Shown piece by piece: positions 37,717 through 50,493 of a stretch of 64,000 nucleotides of DNA. Made by a program: the position numbers and the translations under genes. The notes below the pieces were generated by a model. That model was not told where the DNA came from. It saw nothing but the letters and a program-made list of their open reading frames with translations, and searched no databases. Numbering within the stretch: position 1 is the first letter of the stretch; each line of letters begins with the position of its first letter. Source of the DNA: Lepidodermella squamata (Eukaryota; Animalia; Gastrotricha); assembly GCA_047495785.1 (NCBI GenBank), contig JBLDXI010000060.1:389011-453010 (forward strand), given 5' to 3'.

Positions 37717-38727
37717 ACAATCCGAACTCGCAAAATCGCATCATAATCAGTAAGATTGAACAATAACGATTTTCTGTCGCCATATTCGGATTCAGCATAA
37801 TGAAATTAGGTAGTGTACCCAAAAACTCAGCAAGATTCGCTTTCACTAGCATTCGGCATTAGATTGAGAGTTTGGCAAGGACTATTATATGTTATTAATT
37901 TCAGCCATTTCATTTAGATGTGTATTTTGTTATCTGATTTTTTTAATAGTTCCGTCTTGTTAAAATACTCAGATGTATAAACGTACCAAACCGGAACCCA
38001 ACATGATTAAATGTGAGCGAGTATGCAGTTTCGGTTCAGAAAGGAAGCTTTTATAGGGCAACAGCCAGAGGTTTTCAATTTTTCCTTTTTTCAACTTTCA
38101 GCAACGGCTCGATAACGGTGAGGAATTAGCTCATGAAGTTTTGTGAGCTTACATATATTGGTTTGGAGTTTGGACTGTTTGAGGTCAAAATGTGAGCCCG
38201 GGGAACCTTATGGTTAAGGAACAGCAAGCTTTCGAAAAAAGTCGACATTTATATGCATATTTAGGTAACCTTACCCTAAGTTGCCCGGGAAAGCGAAAAC
38301 ACACGACAAACGTGCTAACTACAAGTTAGCAGTTCAGGTCAATATTTCCGTATCTTTGTATTTTTCAATTTTTTCGGAGCGGTTTTTCAAAATTTCTATT
38401 CATTTTTAACCCTTTAGCTACCAGGCAACTACGTGTTTGACCGAATGTGTATACACGTTACAGTTTTTTCAGCGAAAAATGTGTTTACACGTATCATTTG
38501 GCTATATCATACGGGTTTACACGTAATGTGCGAATGAAAATTATGATCAATTTCAAAACTGCTATTTTTCGTGAAAACCCCGCGTTAACACGTGAAATTT
38601 GGAGACTGTTTTACACGTATGAGTAAACACGCGATGGATTTGTGTTAACACGGGCTGTTTCTTTTTTATTTGAACGCGCTTTTTTTCATCTCAAAAATGT
38701 AAAAAAAGCTATATAAAAACGAAATTT

Positions 38728-41700
38728 TCAGCCGCAATGTGGGCCATACTGCCCAAAACAGGTAACACAAAGGCCAACATCGCAAATCGGGCAGTGGTAG
38801 GCGCTTTCTTTGCGCGATTTGTTGGCGTAGCAGAGAACGCATTGGCGCATCACCGTTCTCGCACGATCGTTCGGGTACATGCCGTTGTGAGTAGGCCAAT
38901 GACCGCCCGATTTCCATGCGTCGGAGCGAACCAGTGGATCGGCTTTTTCGCCGGCTTTTCTCGCCCTGGCCGAAATGAATCGCCGACCGCCCCCAGCCTC
39001 CAGCAACTCTTCGATGAGCCGATGACGAAACAGCAGCGTCGGCATGTTCGTCAAGCCGGTGACTTTAGTGAAAGCCACGTAGGCGTTGCAGATGGCCTGT
39101 TCAATTCCATAGCAGAGCAGAGGGCGAACCCATTTCTTGCCAGGAATTGTACAATCGTAGGATTGTCGCCGACGATCAGGCACGTCAACGCCGCGCATGT
39201 GAGACTGGTAGTCGACGGCGACGGGAGGAGCCGGAAAATCGGCAATGGAACCATCTTTTAGCCTACGACTGATCAGTTCATTCGGCGTGCCGGAATGTCG
39301 CGTCGACAGGAAATTGACAACCTTGCTGTCTTGCCAGCTTTGATAAAGCAGCTGACCGCAGTACTTGAACTGCGTTGACCCGCGCGGCAACTTCGGCTTC
39401 TTAGCAATGACAACGGTCGAATCAAGCCCGGCTCTGTTGGTCCTCACCGTGCCAGCGGCGTAGGTCTCTTCGTCGAGCAAGCGGCGGTACAAGGACGGAC
39501 TGGAGAACCAATTATCCATGTAAATGGTAATCCAGAAGCCCCAGATCACACGCGAAAGGTCAACGACGACGCGTTCAGCCAATCCGGCATCCATGTCCTC
39601 ATCCTCGCCAGCTTTAGAAACATATAAATAAATTAAGGCATTATAAGGAAAAAATGTCACCTACCTGTATATCCGCGGCCAGTGTAAACTCGGATGTCGA
39701 ACACGTAGCCAGAGGGCGTCGTCGCGATTGCGAAAAGTTTGATTCCGCGTTTGATTGGCTTCAACGGCACGTACTGTCTCATGCTTGTTCGGCCCTTGTA
39801 AGCAACCATCTGTTCATCAATGGCTACCTTGGGCCCAGCATCGAAATTCACCTTCCAAGCAGCTGTTAGCGCATCGAAATACGGCCGAACTTTGTAGAGC
39901 TTGTCGAAATGCGGATCATCGCGACCAGGCATCTTGGCGTTATCGGCAACGTGCCAATACCGAAGCAACTGTTCGAACCGGTTTCGAAACATTAGCTTGG
40001 CAACGTAGGGTTGAAACAGGATCTCACTTGAAGCTTGCCAGTAATTCTTGATCGATGGCAGAGGGACAACACCGATCGTCAGGATTGCCGCCAACAGCCG
40101 GAAAATTTCAGGGCGATCGCAGACAAGAAACTGTGGCTTATCAGGGTCGTAATTTTGCGCGGCGTAGCGATTAGTTTCGCGCACAAACAAATCGATCACA
40201 GGAAACATGGCGGTGAAAAACGGGAGGACCATGTGAAAGAATTCGGTTGTAATAGCGTAGCAATGCCCGCTGCTTTCACTGCTTGAAACTTCGCAAAGAT
40301 TCAATTCGTCGCCTTCTTCTAGGCCTGCATCGACTTGAAGGCCTTCTTCTTGACTTTCTTCTTGATGTTCCATTTTCGACTCAGTGCCAGAGGCTTCAGA
40401 CTCGGCTTGCTCTTCCTCGGCCTCTTCGCCGTCACCATTGGCTTCGCCATCGCCAGATTCCGCTCTTTCGTCTTCACCGCTTTCATCACACTGCATGCTT
40501 TCATCTAAAAAACAGAAAATTTTAGAAAAATATTCTAAGTTCAAAAATTAAAAATTTTAATTACGACAAAATAGTTGGAACATGACAAATCAAAATTTGA
40601 AAGAAGTTGAAGAGACTTTCTAATAAACAAATTCAATTTTAAATTTTGAAAATTGAAAACAATCATTCGAATAAATTGAAAAATTTGCAGCAAAACATGA
40701 AAAATTAAGGAATTCTTCCCGGTGTTGAGGGCAGAACCGAGAATTCTGCCCGCTGAAAATGCCCGAGGGCGTAGCGGAGCGCAGCGAAGCGAAGCCCGAG
40801 GGTATTTTCAAGGGCTGAATTCGAGGTTTTGCCCGAGACACAAGGGAAGAGTTCCTGTTCCTTCCCAGTTGGTTATTTTCGTTAATCCAACACTCGGACG
40901 AGTGAAAATGGGGAATGGTGTATAGTGCGTATGAAAGATGACCGTTGTTAATAACGAAAATAAGAAATCCAGCTTAAAATGTGTAGCAAATTTTTTTTTT
41001 GAATTTTTTTTGTTCGTTGTTCATTTCCTTGTTTTATTATCAATTGAATATTGCGAAAACGCTGACTGATGACACGCCAATCGGTTTGATCACGATGCTG
41101 TGGCTGGTTTTCACCGTGTATTTCGGTCTTCGTGGCCGTGATGAACATCTACAAATGAAGTAGGTTGTTGGATTGCCATTGAAAAATTGTTAAATTGGCC
41201 GTTTTCAGGTTTGGTGATGTCCAGCTAAAAACCGAATCTGGAGGTCGCAGGTATCTCGAATTCAACGAGCGACAGACTAAAACCAGGAATGGCGAATCAA
41301 CCCACTCAAAACTGGCACCACGAGCATACGAGAACGGTGGCTTTTTCTGCCCGGTTCGATTGTTCCTTATTTTTTGTGCAAAACGACCGGGAAAGTTTTC
41401 GCGCCCGAGTGACCCAATGTATGTTGGTTGCCTGACCCGATTTCGACCCGACGGCCTCTTCTACAAATGCCAAAATTTGGGCAAGAACCCCCTTGGATCG
41501 CTCCTCAAGGACGCCGCTGTCGGTGCTGGTATTACCAAACGAATCACGAACCACTCGGCTCGAAAGTTTCTCGTCTCAACCCTCTCTGAACTCGGTGTCG
41601 ATTCTCGAAAGATCATCCAGATTACTGGTCATGCATCGGTCGATTCTCTGAACAGTTACCACAAACTCAACACCTCTGAACGACGAAGTATCAGCGACAA

Positions 41701-42630
41701 ACTGGCTGTCGGTTTCGGTGATGGACAATCAGCTGCAGTTTCGGGTGTGTCTGCACAAGAGATCAAGCCAACCGAAGGATTGGTGGTGGCCGAGTCGCAT
41801 TTCTCGCAAACGCTGCTGCTTCGAAACGTCGAAAATGACCCGCGCGATGAGCCACCCGTAAAGCAAGCTAAACCCATGCCGATCTTCAATTTCTCGAATT
41901 GCTCCGTCGTTATTAACAATTAATCCGGCCCAAACACTTGTTTTAAAGTTTAAACATTCTAATAAAGGTTATTCACTTGTTCACTCGTTTGGTCAGAGTC
42001 TGAAGGTTGTAGTAAAGGGACTGGGAACGGAAATTGAAGTTGTGCAACATTATTTCAGGTGAGAGGTTTTCCCGAATTTTCGAGAGCATCAATTGATTTT
42101 CGAAAATAAAAAATCCACCCTAATCGTTTGAGCGGGCAGAAACAGCGGGCAGAAACATCGGGCAGAATCACTTTTTCCGTCTAGGCAAAAAATAACCAAC
42201 TGGGCAGGAAAATGACATTTTAAATCGAATAAAAAATAAAAAATCGTCAAAATTTTAACATTTCAAAATTTCGTCAAAAATGTACGAAAACTTTTCTAAA
42301 ATGTTGAAAGAAATTGAAATGAAACTAATTCCTACCTGGAGATTCATCGGTGGGAACGAAGCCGTCCGCAGTTGACGCCAGTTTCGGATTCCTCATGAAA
42401 TTTCGAAGATATTTCATCAAGGTTTCCGACGCGCCTTCGACGGCGCTACACGGCTGAACAACGAATTTTCGATTTGAATCATTCAGCTTTCCCCAGACTT
42501 TGCCGCTAGGCGCGAACGTAGAAAGCGGAAGATCATCGGAGTCATCGGAGTCAAGCTCGGATCCGGTATCGCCAACCTCGTCCAAATCGATATCAAGAAA
42601 ATCTTCAAATTGCTGGTTGGCCGTAAGCAT
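38728..42630 (-). CDS. piggyBac transposase (PGBD-like), exons 42630-42336, 40504-39665, 39611-38728 (~672 aa)
   Basis: Phase-1 compatible GT-AG junctions; IDEQMV, YMDNWFSS and GVDVPD catalytic aspartate motifs; C-terminal CxxC..CxxC..CxxC..H domain. Confidence 0.88.
40705..42223 (+). mobile_element. Crypton element nested in piggyBac intron 1
   Basis: TTAA at both ends; 21/22-bp subterminal inverted repeat (40858-40879 / 42189-42210); gcccgaggg repeats; YR coding sequence. Confidence 0.8.
41044..41923 (+). pseudogene. Crypton tyrosine recombinase catalytic domain (DUF3504/KCTD1-ZMYM-like), N-terminally incomplete; intron 41160-41208
   Basis: YFGLRGRDEH|FGD, ERQTKTRNG, CPVRLF, TNHSAR, ITGHASVDSLNSY. 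Confidence 0.85.
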
Positions 42631-43199
42631 GATTTAAAAAATGATTGCTGATTTTTGAATGCATGTTTTACCATGCTCACAGCTTTTATAGTCCTCGATT
42701 TTGTTTATTTATTTATCCAGTTTTTTGTGAGTCAACACAGGCGATTGTTGCGTAATCACTCGTAGCGTGCTCTCACCACCGTGTGCATTTTTTAATTCAT
42801 GTTTTTTGAGTAAATAATGACCGAAAATAGAAGTACGTGTAAACTCGGGCCAAGTGTAACGTGTATCCACATTTCGCGTCAGGACGTGCAATTATAGCTC
42901 GGGTAAACCCGTATAACCAGATGTGTTAACACATTGATGTCACGTGTTAATCAGTAATCGCCTACATGCGCGCACCCGAAATTGCGCCATTGTTACGTAA
43001 TCGACGCAAATGCGCCGCCGATCGGCGGGGATGGTCCTCATGACAGGGTCAATAGGTAGTTAAAGAAAAAAACCCGGAAAAAAATCGCCAAGGTAGCTAG
43101 CCGATAGCAAACACCGCTACCACGTGTTACCACGTGTTGGTAGCTAAAGGGTTAAGCGGGCTGGCAAAGAGCTATCGGTAATTAACGTTGCTTTGGCCC

Positions 43200-43808
43200 A
43201 ACAAGAGCGGTGATTGGTTGGCTCAAAAGGTGTCTTTTTTCGATGCCGTTGCGTTCTGTCAGCTGTTCAATCGCTGCCTGCCAACGCGACTCTCAACTAG
43301 CACGACCACCTTGCTGTTGGAAATCTTTGAAGAATTTATCAAGAAGTCAGAAATTGCGAAGATCGCATTTTTCTTGCCTTATCGCTTATTTTTTTCTCAA
43401 AGATCAACAAATCGGTCGCTGAGTACGGCGCCTCCGCCTACATGGGCGATGAAACTACAGACGTCTGCTCTCACGAACAAGTTTCTCACGGCGGCTTTGA
43501 TGGCGTGGCTGCCTATGCCGGCGCTGACAACGGCGTTCAGCAGTTGATCCGTGAAGAAAAAGAGAACAGTGACGGCCTGGTCTACAATCATTGCCATAAC
43601 CACCAGCTGCAGTTGAGCGCGGGTAATTCCTCGAAGTCAGACCCCTTGTTCCCTCGAGCTATCTCCAATTGAAATACCTTGGTAATCACTGGTTCGAACA
43701 AGCTAACCGGGTTTTCGAAGAAATTCAAACGTTGCTAGGAACGCCGATTCACCAGCTGATTCGCCCCGCGCCAACTCGCTGGCTGTCCTACAACGGTTCT
43801 GTCGACAG
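43200..43808 (+). pseudogene. hAT transposase relic (ZNF862-like)
   Basis: DETTDV, FDG, HCHNHQLQL and TRWLS motifs across frameshifts; cut off by the TIR at 43809. Confidence 0.8.
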
Positions 43809-46054
43809 CATAGACAATAATACAAGATCGGAAACTTACAGTTCTCACATAGTGTAAAATTGCATCCGATGTTAGGGATTAGTGAGCGTGGTTGTTTACT
43901 TTTCTCGCTCTTGTAGCGAGTGAGCTCTCGCATACTTGCATTGAAAAAAGTATCGATTTCGAAGGCCGATTTCGCCAAGTGGTTAGTTTTCTAAATTTGT
44001 GTAAAATAGTTCAGCTGATAGAGAATTTTGCTGGCTGTCAGAATCAATAAAATAATTCCCGGCGCTAATTTTGGTCGATTTTCTACCGAATTTTGAAAAT
44101 GGCAAATTCCCGACGAAATTCCGAAATCGTCTTGAGTTTGCTGGCGGAAATTTTATACGCAATCGTATCGGAATATTATGACATAAATTCCACTGAAGTC
44201 CACTATTCATTCTCTATCAAACGAGCCCACCCTCAAAATTTTAAGATTTTATTTCGAAATTATAGAAATGGGCAACCAATTCTCAGTTTTGAGTCTTTAA
44301 CGCTAAAATTATCCCGCGCCGCTCTGACACATATTGCCTGTAATTTTTTGAATACGAATTATTGAGCCAATTGCATGCAAGAGTACATTAACTTAAAAAA
44401 AGAGTTGTCCATCGTCGTGTTACTAGCTGAAGTCTCGATCAAAACTATAATTATTTTCTATATTTTTAACGCCTTTTCACTTTCATTTCCTATTATTAAG
44501 GGGCAAATTTTGACAATTTTGACAATTTAGCTATCTGGTTTTATATTCGTGTAATTTCCATAGTAGAGCAAACAATTTGGACGCAGAATTGCCGAGGGTT
44601 TTCCGACTAATGACTTCGATTCGGTCTTCAAAATGCTATTCGATCTTAGCCATTAGCCACTATACCTATCGTGCGTCAAAACATTTCAGCTATATACATT
44701 GAATTTCTTATCCGCATTCATTTCGTTGACAATAAAGAATGCAGAAATGGTTTTTCCAATCGAACATCTATGGCTAAGAGTTGTCCACGGGTCGAATTTT
44801 CGGAACCTAGCCCGACCAGTGTAAAGGAACCTAAAAACCTGACTCGGCCCGGCCCGGCCCGGTCGGCCCGTAGTCATAATTAGCTTAATTCTAAGCAATG
44901 AGAAGTTGAATATTTTGGCTGATTTAGTACTGAAGAACAACGCTTATCACTCGGCTATGAAAGTTACAAAAAAGTCCGCTATTGAAAAGCTTGAAAATTA
45001 GAATAGATAGGATAATTATTTGAGCGAGCAGATTTATTTCTCATTTCCTAATTCAGGTTTAGATTAATGCCGCTCAAAACATACTTTCTTCGCAAATTAT
45101 CTAAATTCGAAATAAAATCTTAAAATTTTGAGCTTGGGCTCGTTCGACAGATGGTGAGTAGACGTATTCAGCAGAATTTACTGTCGATTTTTCTGATACG
45201 ATGGCATGTAAAATTTCCGCCTGCGAACTTGAGCCTTTTTCGCAGTTTTGCTGGAAAAGGGTTGTTTTTTAAATTGAGTAGAAAATCAACCGAAATTGGC
45301 GCTGAAATAAACTTCAGTGATTCTGATAGCCCGCAAAATTCCCTGCAAGCCCTAATTTTAACAGGAATTAAGCTCACTAACCATTTTGTGAAATCAATCT
45401 TTAACACTTTAAATGCCAAAAATAGCCTGCGAGATCCGATATTTGGATCCAAATCCTGGGTCTGTCAAAAGTCCTCTTTTTCGGGTCAACGATGCGTCGA
45501 GGGGCAAAATGCCTGACGGCAAAGTGTAGGCCATGACCTGGCGGTTCTTTTGACACCGAATTTGGGGCCAAAGACTTCAAGGAACGCACAGAAATCAAAC
45601 TTGAAAAACAGTGAAATTTCGATTGTTGCGCCATAATCTGGGTCTAATAATTAGGTCCAATTCTTGGGTCTGATTTTTGGCTCTAATCCAAAATTTTCGA
45701 CGTTATTTCACTGTCATTTTCAATGACATGCTCAGACCTTGTGGCCCCGAATTCGGTGAACCGCCAGGTCATGGCCTACACTTTGCCGTCAGGCATTTTG
45801 CCCCTCGACGCATCGTTGGCCCGAAATAAAAGACTTTTTGACAGACCCAGGAATTAGACCCAAATATCGGACCTCGCAGTCTATTTTTGGCAGTTAAAGT
45901 GTTACAATCGATAATTTTTCAATGCAAGTATGCGATCTCCCTCTCGTTAAAAGAGCGTGAAAAGTAAACAAGCAGGCTCGCTAATCCCTTGCAGCTGATG
46001 CAATTTTACACTATGTGAGAACTGTAAGTTTCCGATCTTGTATTATTGTCTATG
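43809..46054. mobile_element. Non-autonomous TIR element, P-like termini
   Basis: Perfect 58-bp TIRs catagacaataatacaagatc...gcatc (43809-43866 / 45997-46054); diverged internal inverted arms (~44020-44230 / ~45135-45345); no TSD seen. Confidence 0.75.
45405..45901. mobile_element. Nested fold-back MITE
   Basis: ~145 bp near-perfect inverted arms (cactttaaatgccaaaaatag... / ...ctatttttggcagttaaagtg), flanked by TTAA and TTAC. Confidence 0.75.
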
Positions 46055-47524
46055 GGTGTGTGATTCAAATTTCAGCCGGAGTGTGGCACGAAGCTCATGA
46101 AATCGTGGTTCAAATCGATATATCTAAATATCAATAATCCATCGATCGAATTTGAATTGTCAGCGAGTAGCGATCGGTGTCCCGAGCTCATCATTCAAAC
46201 TTCGACTGGGCTTCAAATTCAAGCTGGCTATATTTGGGAACATTGCCATTTTGGCGTGTATGGCGTGGCTAAGAAGGTTCCGGCTCAGCATGGCTATGAT
46301 ACTGAAATACGATTCGAAAATGAAGCGGCAATGTGTAGTTTTCAACATTTCAACGTTCGACGTTTGGCTTTGAGGTCTATGGCTAGAGGATAGAGACTTT
46401 TCCTATTAGTTCCATAGAGAGTAATAGTAAATAGAGCCTTTATTAGTTTCAAATTGTTACGATGTTATGCTTTTTTCCTCATTTCTTTTGCGTCCATGTT
46501 TCAAAATCCATATGAATGGTCTCAATGTTTGTAACAACAAAAACTTCTCCTATGATAAAATAAAGGTAACGACGTTCGGACGATAGTGAATACATACATG
46601 TGACAGTGGGCGATGACTTCACGAGACTTTTTTTTCCAAGTGGCAACAGCTCAATCGCTCGAAATCACATATCCTGGCAGTGTTTTTTCGACTTCGTCAG
46701 TAAATAGCGGGCCTATCAATCAATCGATTCAATTCAATTTAATTCAATCAATCCCATGGACAAAAATTCCTCTAGTCGAAATTAAGTCGATATTTTTCTG
46801 AAAATAGATTGGAAAGATATGAATGCATCTCTGTTCAACGTTCTTATTCTTCGCAATGAAGAACTTAGAGCCCAATTTGATTTTATAAGTAATGAAAATT
46901 GAAGAAATAATAAGAAAAAGTAGGACGCTCGAACTCATTTTTTGTCTTGTGGCAGAATCAGATGCGTGATTTTTGCCGCGCGTGGATCAATTTTTTGAAG
47001 CAGCCCGCATTGAGTGAATGAGAAAAACAGAAGTGTGCCACTAAAATTCAGTCGGTGCAAATTTTTTTGTTCAATTCAAAATTCATTTATCATCGCATTC
47101 GTCTTTCTACTACCCAATTTTCGATTATTTTGCATCCCCAGATCGAAATTCACAGTGGCTAGATTTCTGAAAAATTATCAAAGCTTTAAATCAACTGCTC
47201 TTTTATAGACTTCCCATTATTTCCACATGTCCTAATCCCAGCTGAATTTAAGCGCAGCGAAACCCTCTTTTACCATGTTCAACTTGATCAAGCTCAATTG
47301 ATTTTCTCCTTATTTCCAGCAATTTTCTCAGTTTTCGAGGAGATTACTAATAGAATGACTTCCTCATTGAGACTGGATTTCTCAAGAGGGAGAATCGAAG
47401 CTCATTGTTTTAAAATATTCAGAACACACTCCAGAACCAGCCAACAATTTCGGGCTTAGTTTAAAACTTGTTTGAAAATTACTGAAGAACAAGTAAATTT
47501 ACTTGTCTCTTTTCTCTTTTTTAA

Positions 47525-47925
47525 CCCTTAGCCGCCGAAGACGTGTACACGCGTTAATTCCGGAGAAAATTCACCGTGTTCGGGGGATTTGGGCTATCGA
47601 ACCCATTGTTGCGTCATAAATTATGATAAATCAATAGCAATAAACAAGCACTCCTCGAAAATCCAAATTTTCAAAGTCATTCTGAGCAGGTCGAAAATAG
47701 TGAGAAATTTTTTAATGACTTGTTAACACGTCATGAAAACGCGTTAACACGTCATAGCAACGGCAACCCAGGTAAATTTCTGCTGAAAAAGAGGTTCGGC
47801 TTTCAATCTAAGGCTAAATGTAAGACTTTCTGCCGACTCAGAATTTGATTTTAGCCTCTTCTTGATTTTCTGGGATTTTCTGAAAGGTGCTCGAGTTAAC
47901 ACGTCATTGCGCCGGCGGCTAAGGG
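47525..47925. mobile_element. piggyBac-type MITE (copies at 56190-56590 and 59476-59876)
   Basis: TTAA|cccttagccgccg...cggcggctaaggg|TTAA. Confidence 0.9.
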
Positions 47926-48088
47926 TTAAGCCATATCACGATGAGAAGCTGGAAAATCTGGCAAGTCACTTGTTTCAACAATTTGTATTCCCGTCAAAAA
48001 CAATATGTTTAGATCCTGCTAATCCACTGGGAACGCCTTTGTTTCTGAATTTTTAGGTTCTTCTTCACTCGGAATTGTGATACAAATT

Positions 48089-49628
48089 ATGCCAAATCCC
48101 GTTTCAACGCTTCGAATCTTGTACGTTCTCTGCGCAGTGATAGCAACATCGCTTGCTATTCGGTGCTATGTATGCGACGACATAACAGAAACATGCTCAT
48201 CGAGACCTGCACTGGTAAATTGCCCTCCTTCGGCTACGCTCTGCATGCGAGGATGGACGGCTGTGTTAGGTATTCTTTCGCAAAATGAATCTAAATTGAG
48301 ATCGTCCGCAAGAAAAGCCGATTTTCAACTGTTAAAATTCCAAACCTGATAAATAGCATTGATTTTCGTTATGTCGCAGCTTAGACAATTTTGACTAGAA
48401 AAATTAATGTTAATAATTAATTGTGAATCAAAATTATTATGTAATTAATTAACGATTTAAATTTATATAAGAGCACACTGTATATGTCTGGTTTTGACGT
48501 AGGTAATTGCCACATCCCGGGGAGGGGCGGCGGGAGCTTCTGTCCAAATTTTTCATCATGCTCAATCGACGACATAGTTTTCTATGAAAATTAGCCAATT
48601 ATTTATACTTCGAATTTTCATACGATCGAATACAGATTGCTATCAAGTTAGTTTGAACCTCTATTCAGGCTTCAAAGGTAGCCTTCAGAGGTTTTATTCG
48701 AACGTCAGCTACCAAAGAGGCTGGGAAGGATCGCTGTCCTAGAAATCTCAATGAAACGTGATTCAACTTGAATAGCCACAAATTGGATTGGATCCATTTA
48801 AATTGACAAGCAACTCGTTGGCAACGGGGAAAAAACTCCGAGAAGGTTCCGTGGGTACTTATTATCAGCATCGATATAGATATAGCAGTGTTCGCAATTA
48901 CGCTAAATTCCAGGCCCCCTAAAGTTGACGACGAAATATTCAAATTCAGCTCTTTTTCAGATATTTTTCAACGAAAATTGAATTTAAATTGGAGAAAATT
49001 CAAAACAATTAATAACATTAATTAACATTTAATTTTATTGTTTCAAAAAATTGTTTAAATTGGTTACCGCGCAATTTCAAAAGTTGGTCAACGACGGGAT
49101 ATACGATATCTCAAAAACTAGGGTGAATGAGTCCGTTCAGTAAATTGAGCTGTATACATACTCAGCGTAGAGCGTAGTCGAATCACTATAGATCCGTCGT
49201 TAAAACAAGGGTTCAAAAATCGACTGTATAACTCTTGGGAGTCATCTTAGGCCGTCTTAGTCATCTTTCTGGATCTCTGACCGTTACTCCCCCAGTTTGT
49301 TTTAACGACGGGCCATAGATAAAACAATCTACGCGACGGATCTATTCGTTGTGCCGGAAAATTCGAGAAATTCGCCAACGCCCACTTTTCACTCGATAAT
49401 GGTCATATATTTCCGATATAACTCAATTGAAATCAGCATTGATATTGTTGCTTTTCTTTCGGACAGTCTCAAAACTTAATTGCCCAAGTAATCTTTACAA
49501 TTAATTCTTCAACTGGGCTTTTTCCACAGATGTTACCACCCAAGGTTGCGCGACAGCGGAAGATTGTAGAACTCAAGTTGTGAGGTTTGACACCAGCTAT
49601 TGTTGCGGCTTCAATGGTTGCAATGCCA
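48089..49628 (+). CDS. Ly6/uPAR (three-finger) domain protein, exons 48089-48269 and 49530-49628 (3' exon uncertain)
   Basis: Signal peptide, IRCYVC..C..C..C, phase-1 splice to GCA...C...YCCGFNGCN (CCxxxxCN signature). Confidence 0.85.
49187..49318. mobile_element. Small MITE in Ly6 intron
   Basis: ctatagatccgtcgttaaaaca ... tgttttaacgacgggccatag inverted ends. Confidence 0.6.
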
Positions 49629-50317
49629 GTAAGTTAACTTTCTAAACTATCTCAGTTAAAATAGTTAAAGTAGTATTTCTCGCCTCCCGTCGGCTATCAT
49701 AAATTGTTATATTTTGGAGATTCGATTCAAAATGATTGACTTTGAATCAACTGAGATTTACTGGAAAGTCAAATAACATCAAATCAAAGACTTTGATGTA
49801 TTCAATCAGAATCAAATAAGCTCGCTGCTAATCGTTTTTGATTAATTACCGAAATTTCGATCACAGGCCGCACGTTCAATTCTAATTTAGTATTAATTGA
49901 ATCTATTAATGACATTAGTGCGTTAGATTTATTTCTCTCACATGTTCAAAGGGGCATTGAATTCGAGCGCTACTCAATACAGGCACTGCTTCTCGCGTCT
50001 CGATGATTCCTACAAAGGCTGTAAAGAAGAATGCTCATTTCTGGAAGAAGTTCAGGCAAGTAAAGGATGTGTATATTTGATCATATTTTTAATCTACAAT
50101 TATCACTCATCAATAGCTTGGTCCGACTTGGTCCTCAATCTCTGGCTGCGAAAAGAAAAGCGTGAGTTTACCATTACCTTCTCCCTAGCCCTCGATTTTG
50201 ACCGAAAAAAGTGTCTCGATTCGGCGTTTTGAGTTTATTTCGAAAAATTAGTGCGTTCACAATTTTCCGAGAGAAAGTAGCTTCGAAGCAAAAACCCAAC
50301 AATAGATAATTAAAATT

Positions 50318-50493
50318 GGACGTGGCTATGTGAACACAGGATTGTGTATCGCGCCATGGCTAAGCGTACACATTGTGTAAGTGTGATTGGCTACTTGAAC
50401 ACAGTGCGCTTAAAATCTAGGTGTGTGTCACGCGATTTGTGTGCGCATAGCCATTTTGTCACACACTTTTACTGTGTTCACATAGCCACATCC
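50318..50493. mobile_element. Small MITE
   Basis: ggacgtggctatgtgaacacag ... ctgtgttcacatagccacatcc inverted ends. Confidence 0.65.

Larger units (their letters stand above)
38410..43151 (-). mobile_element. piggyBac transposon
   Basis: TTAA|ccctttagctacca ... tggtagctaaaggg|TTAA; transposase inside. Confidence 0.95.

Noticed and set aside
36735-38276. Possible TIR element hosting the LINE (ggtaacgttacc / ggtaaccttacc ends)
   Set aside because: Short imperfect TIR and no clear TSD; not enough support.
49952-50058. Third exon of the Ly6 gene
   Set aside because: Phase-compatible but with weak splice sites and no GPI-signal-like product; left unassigned.
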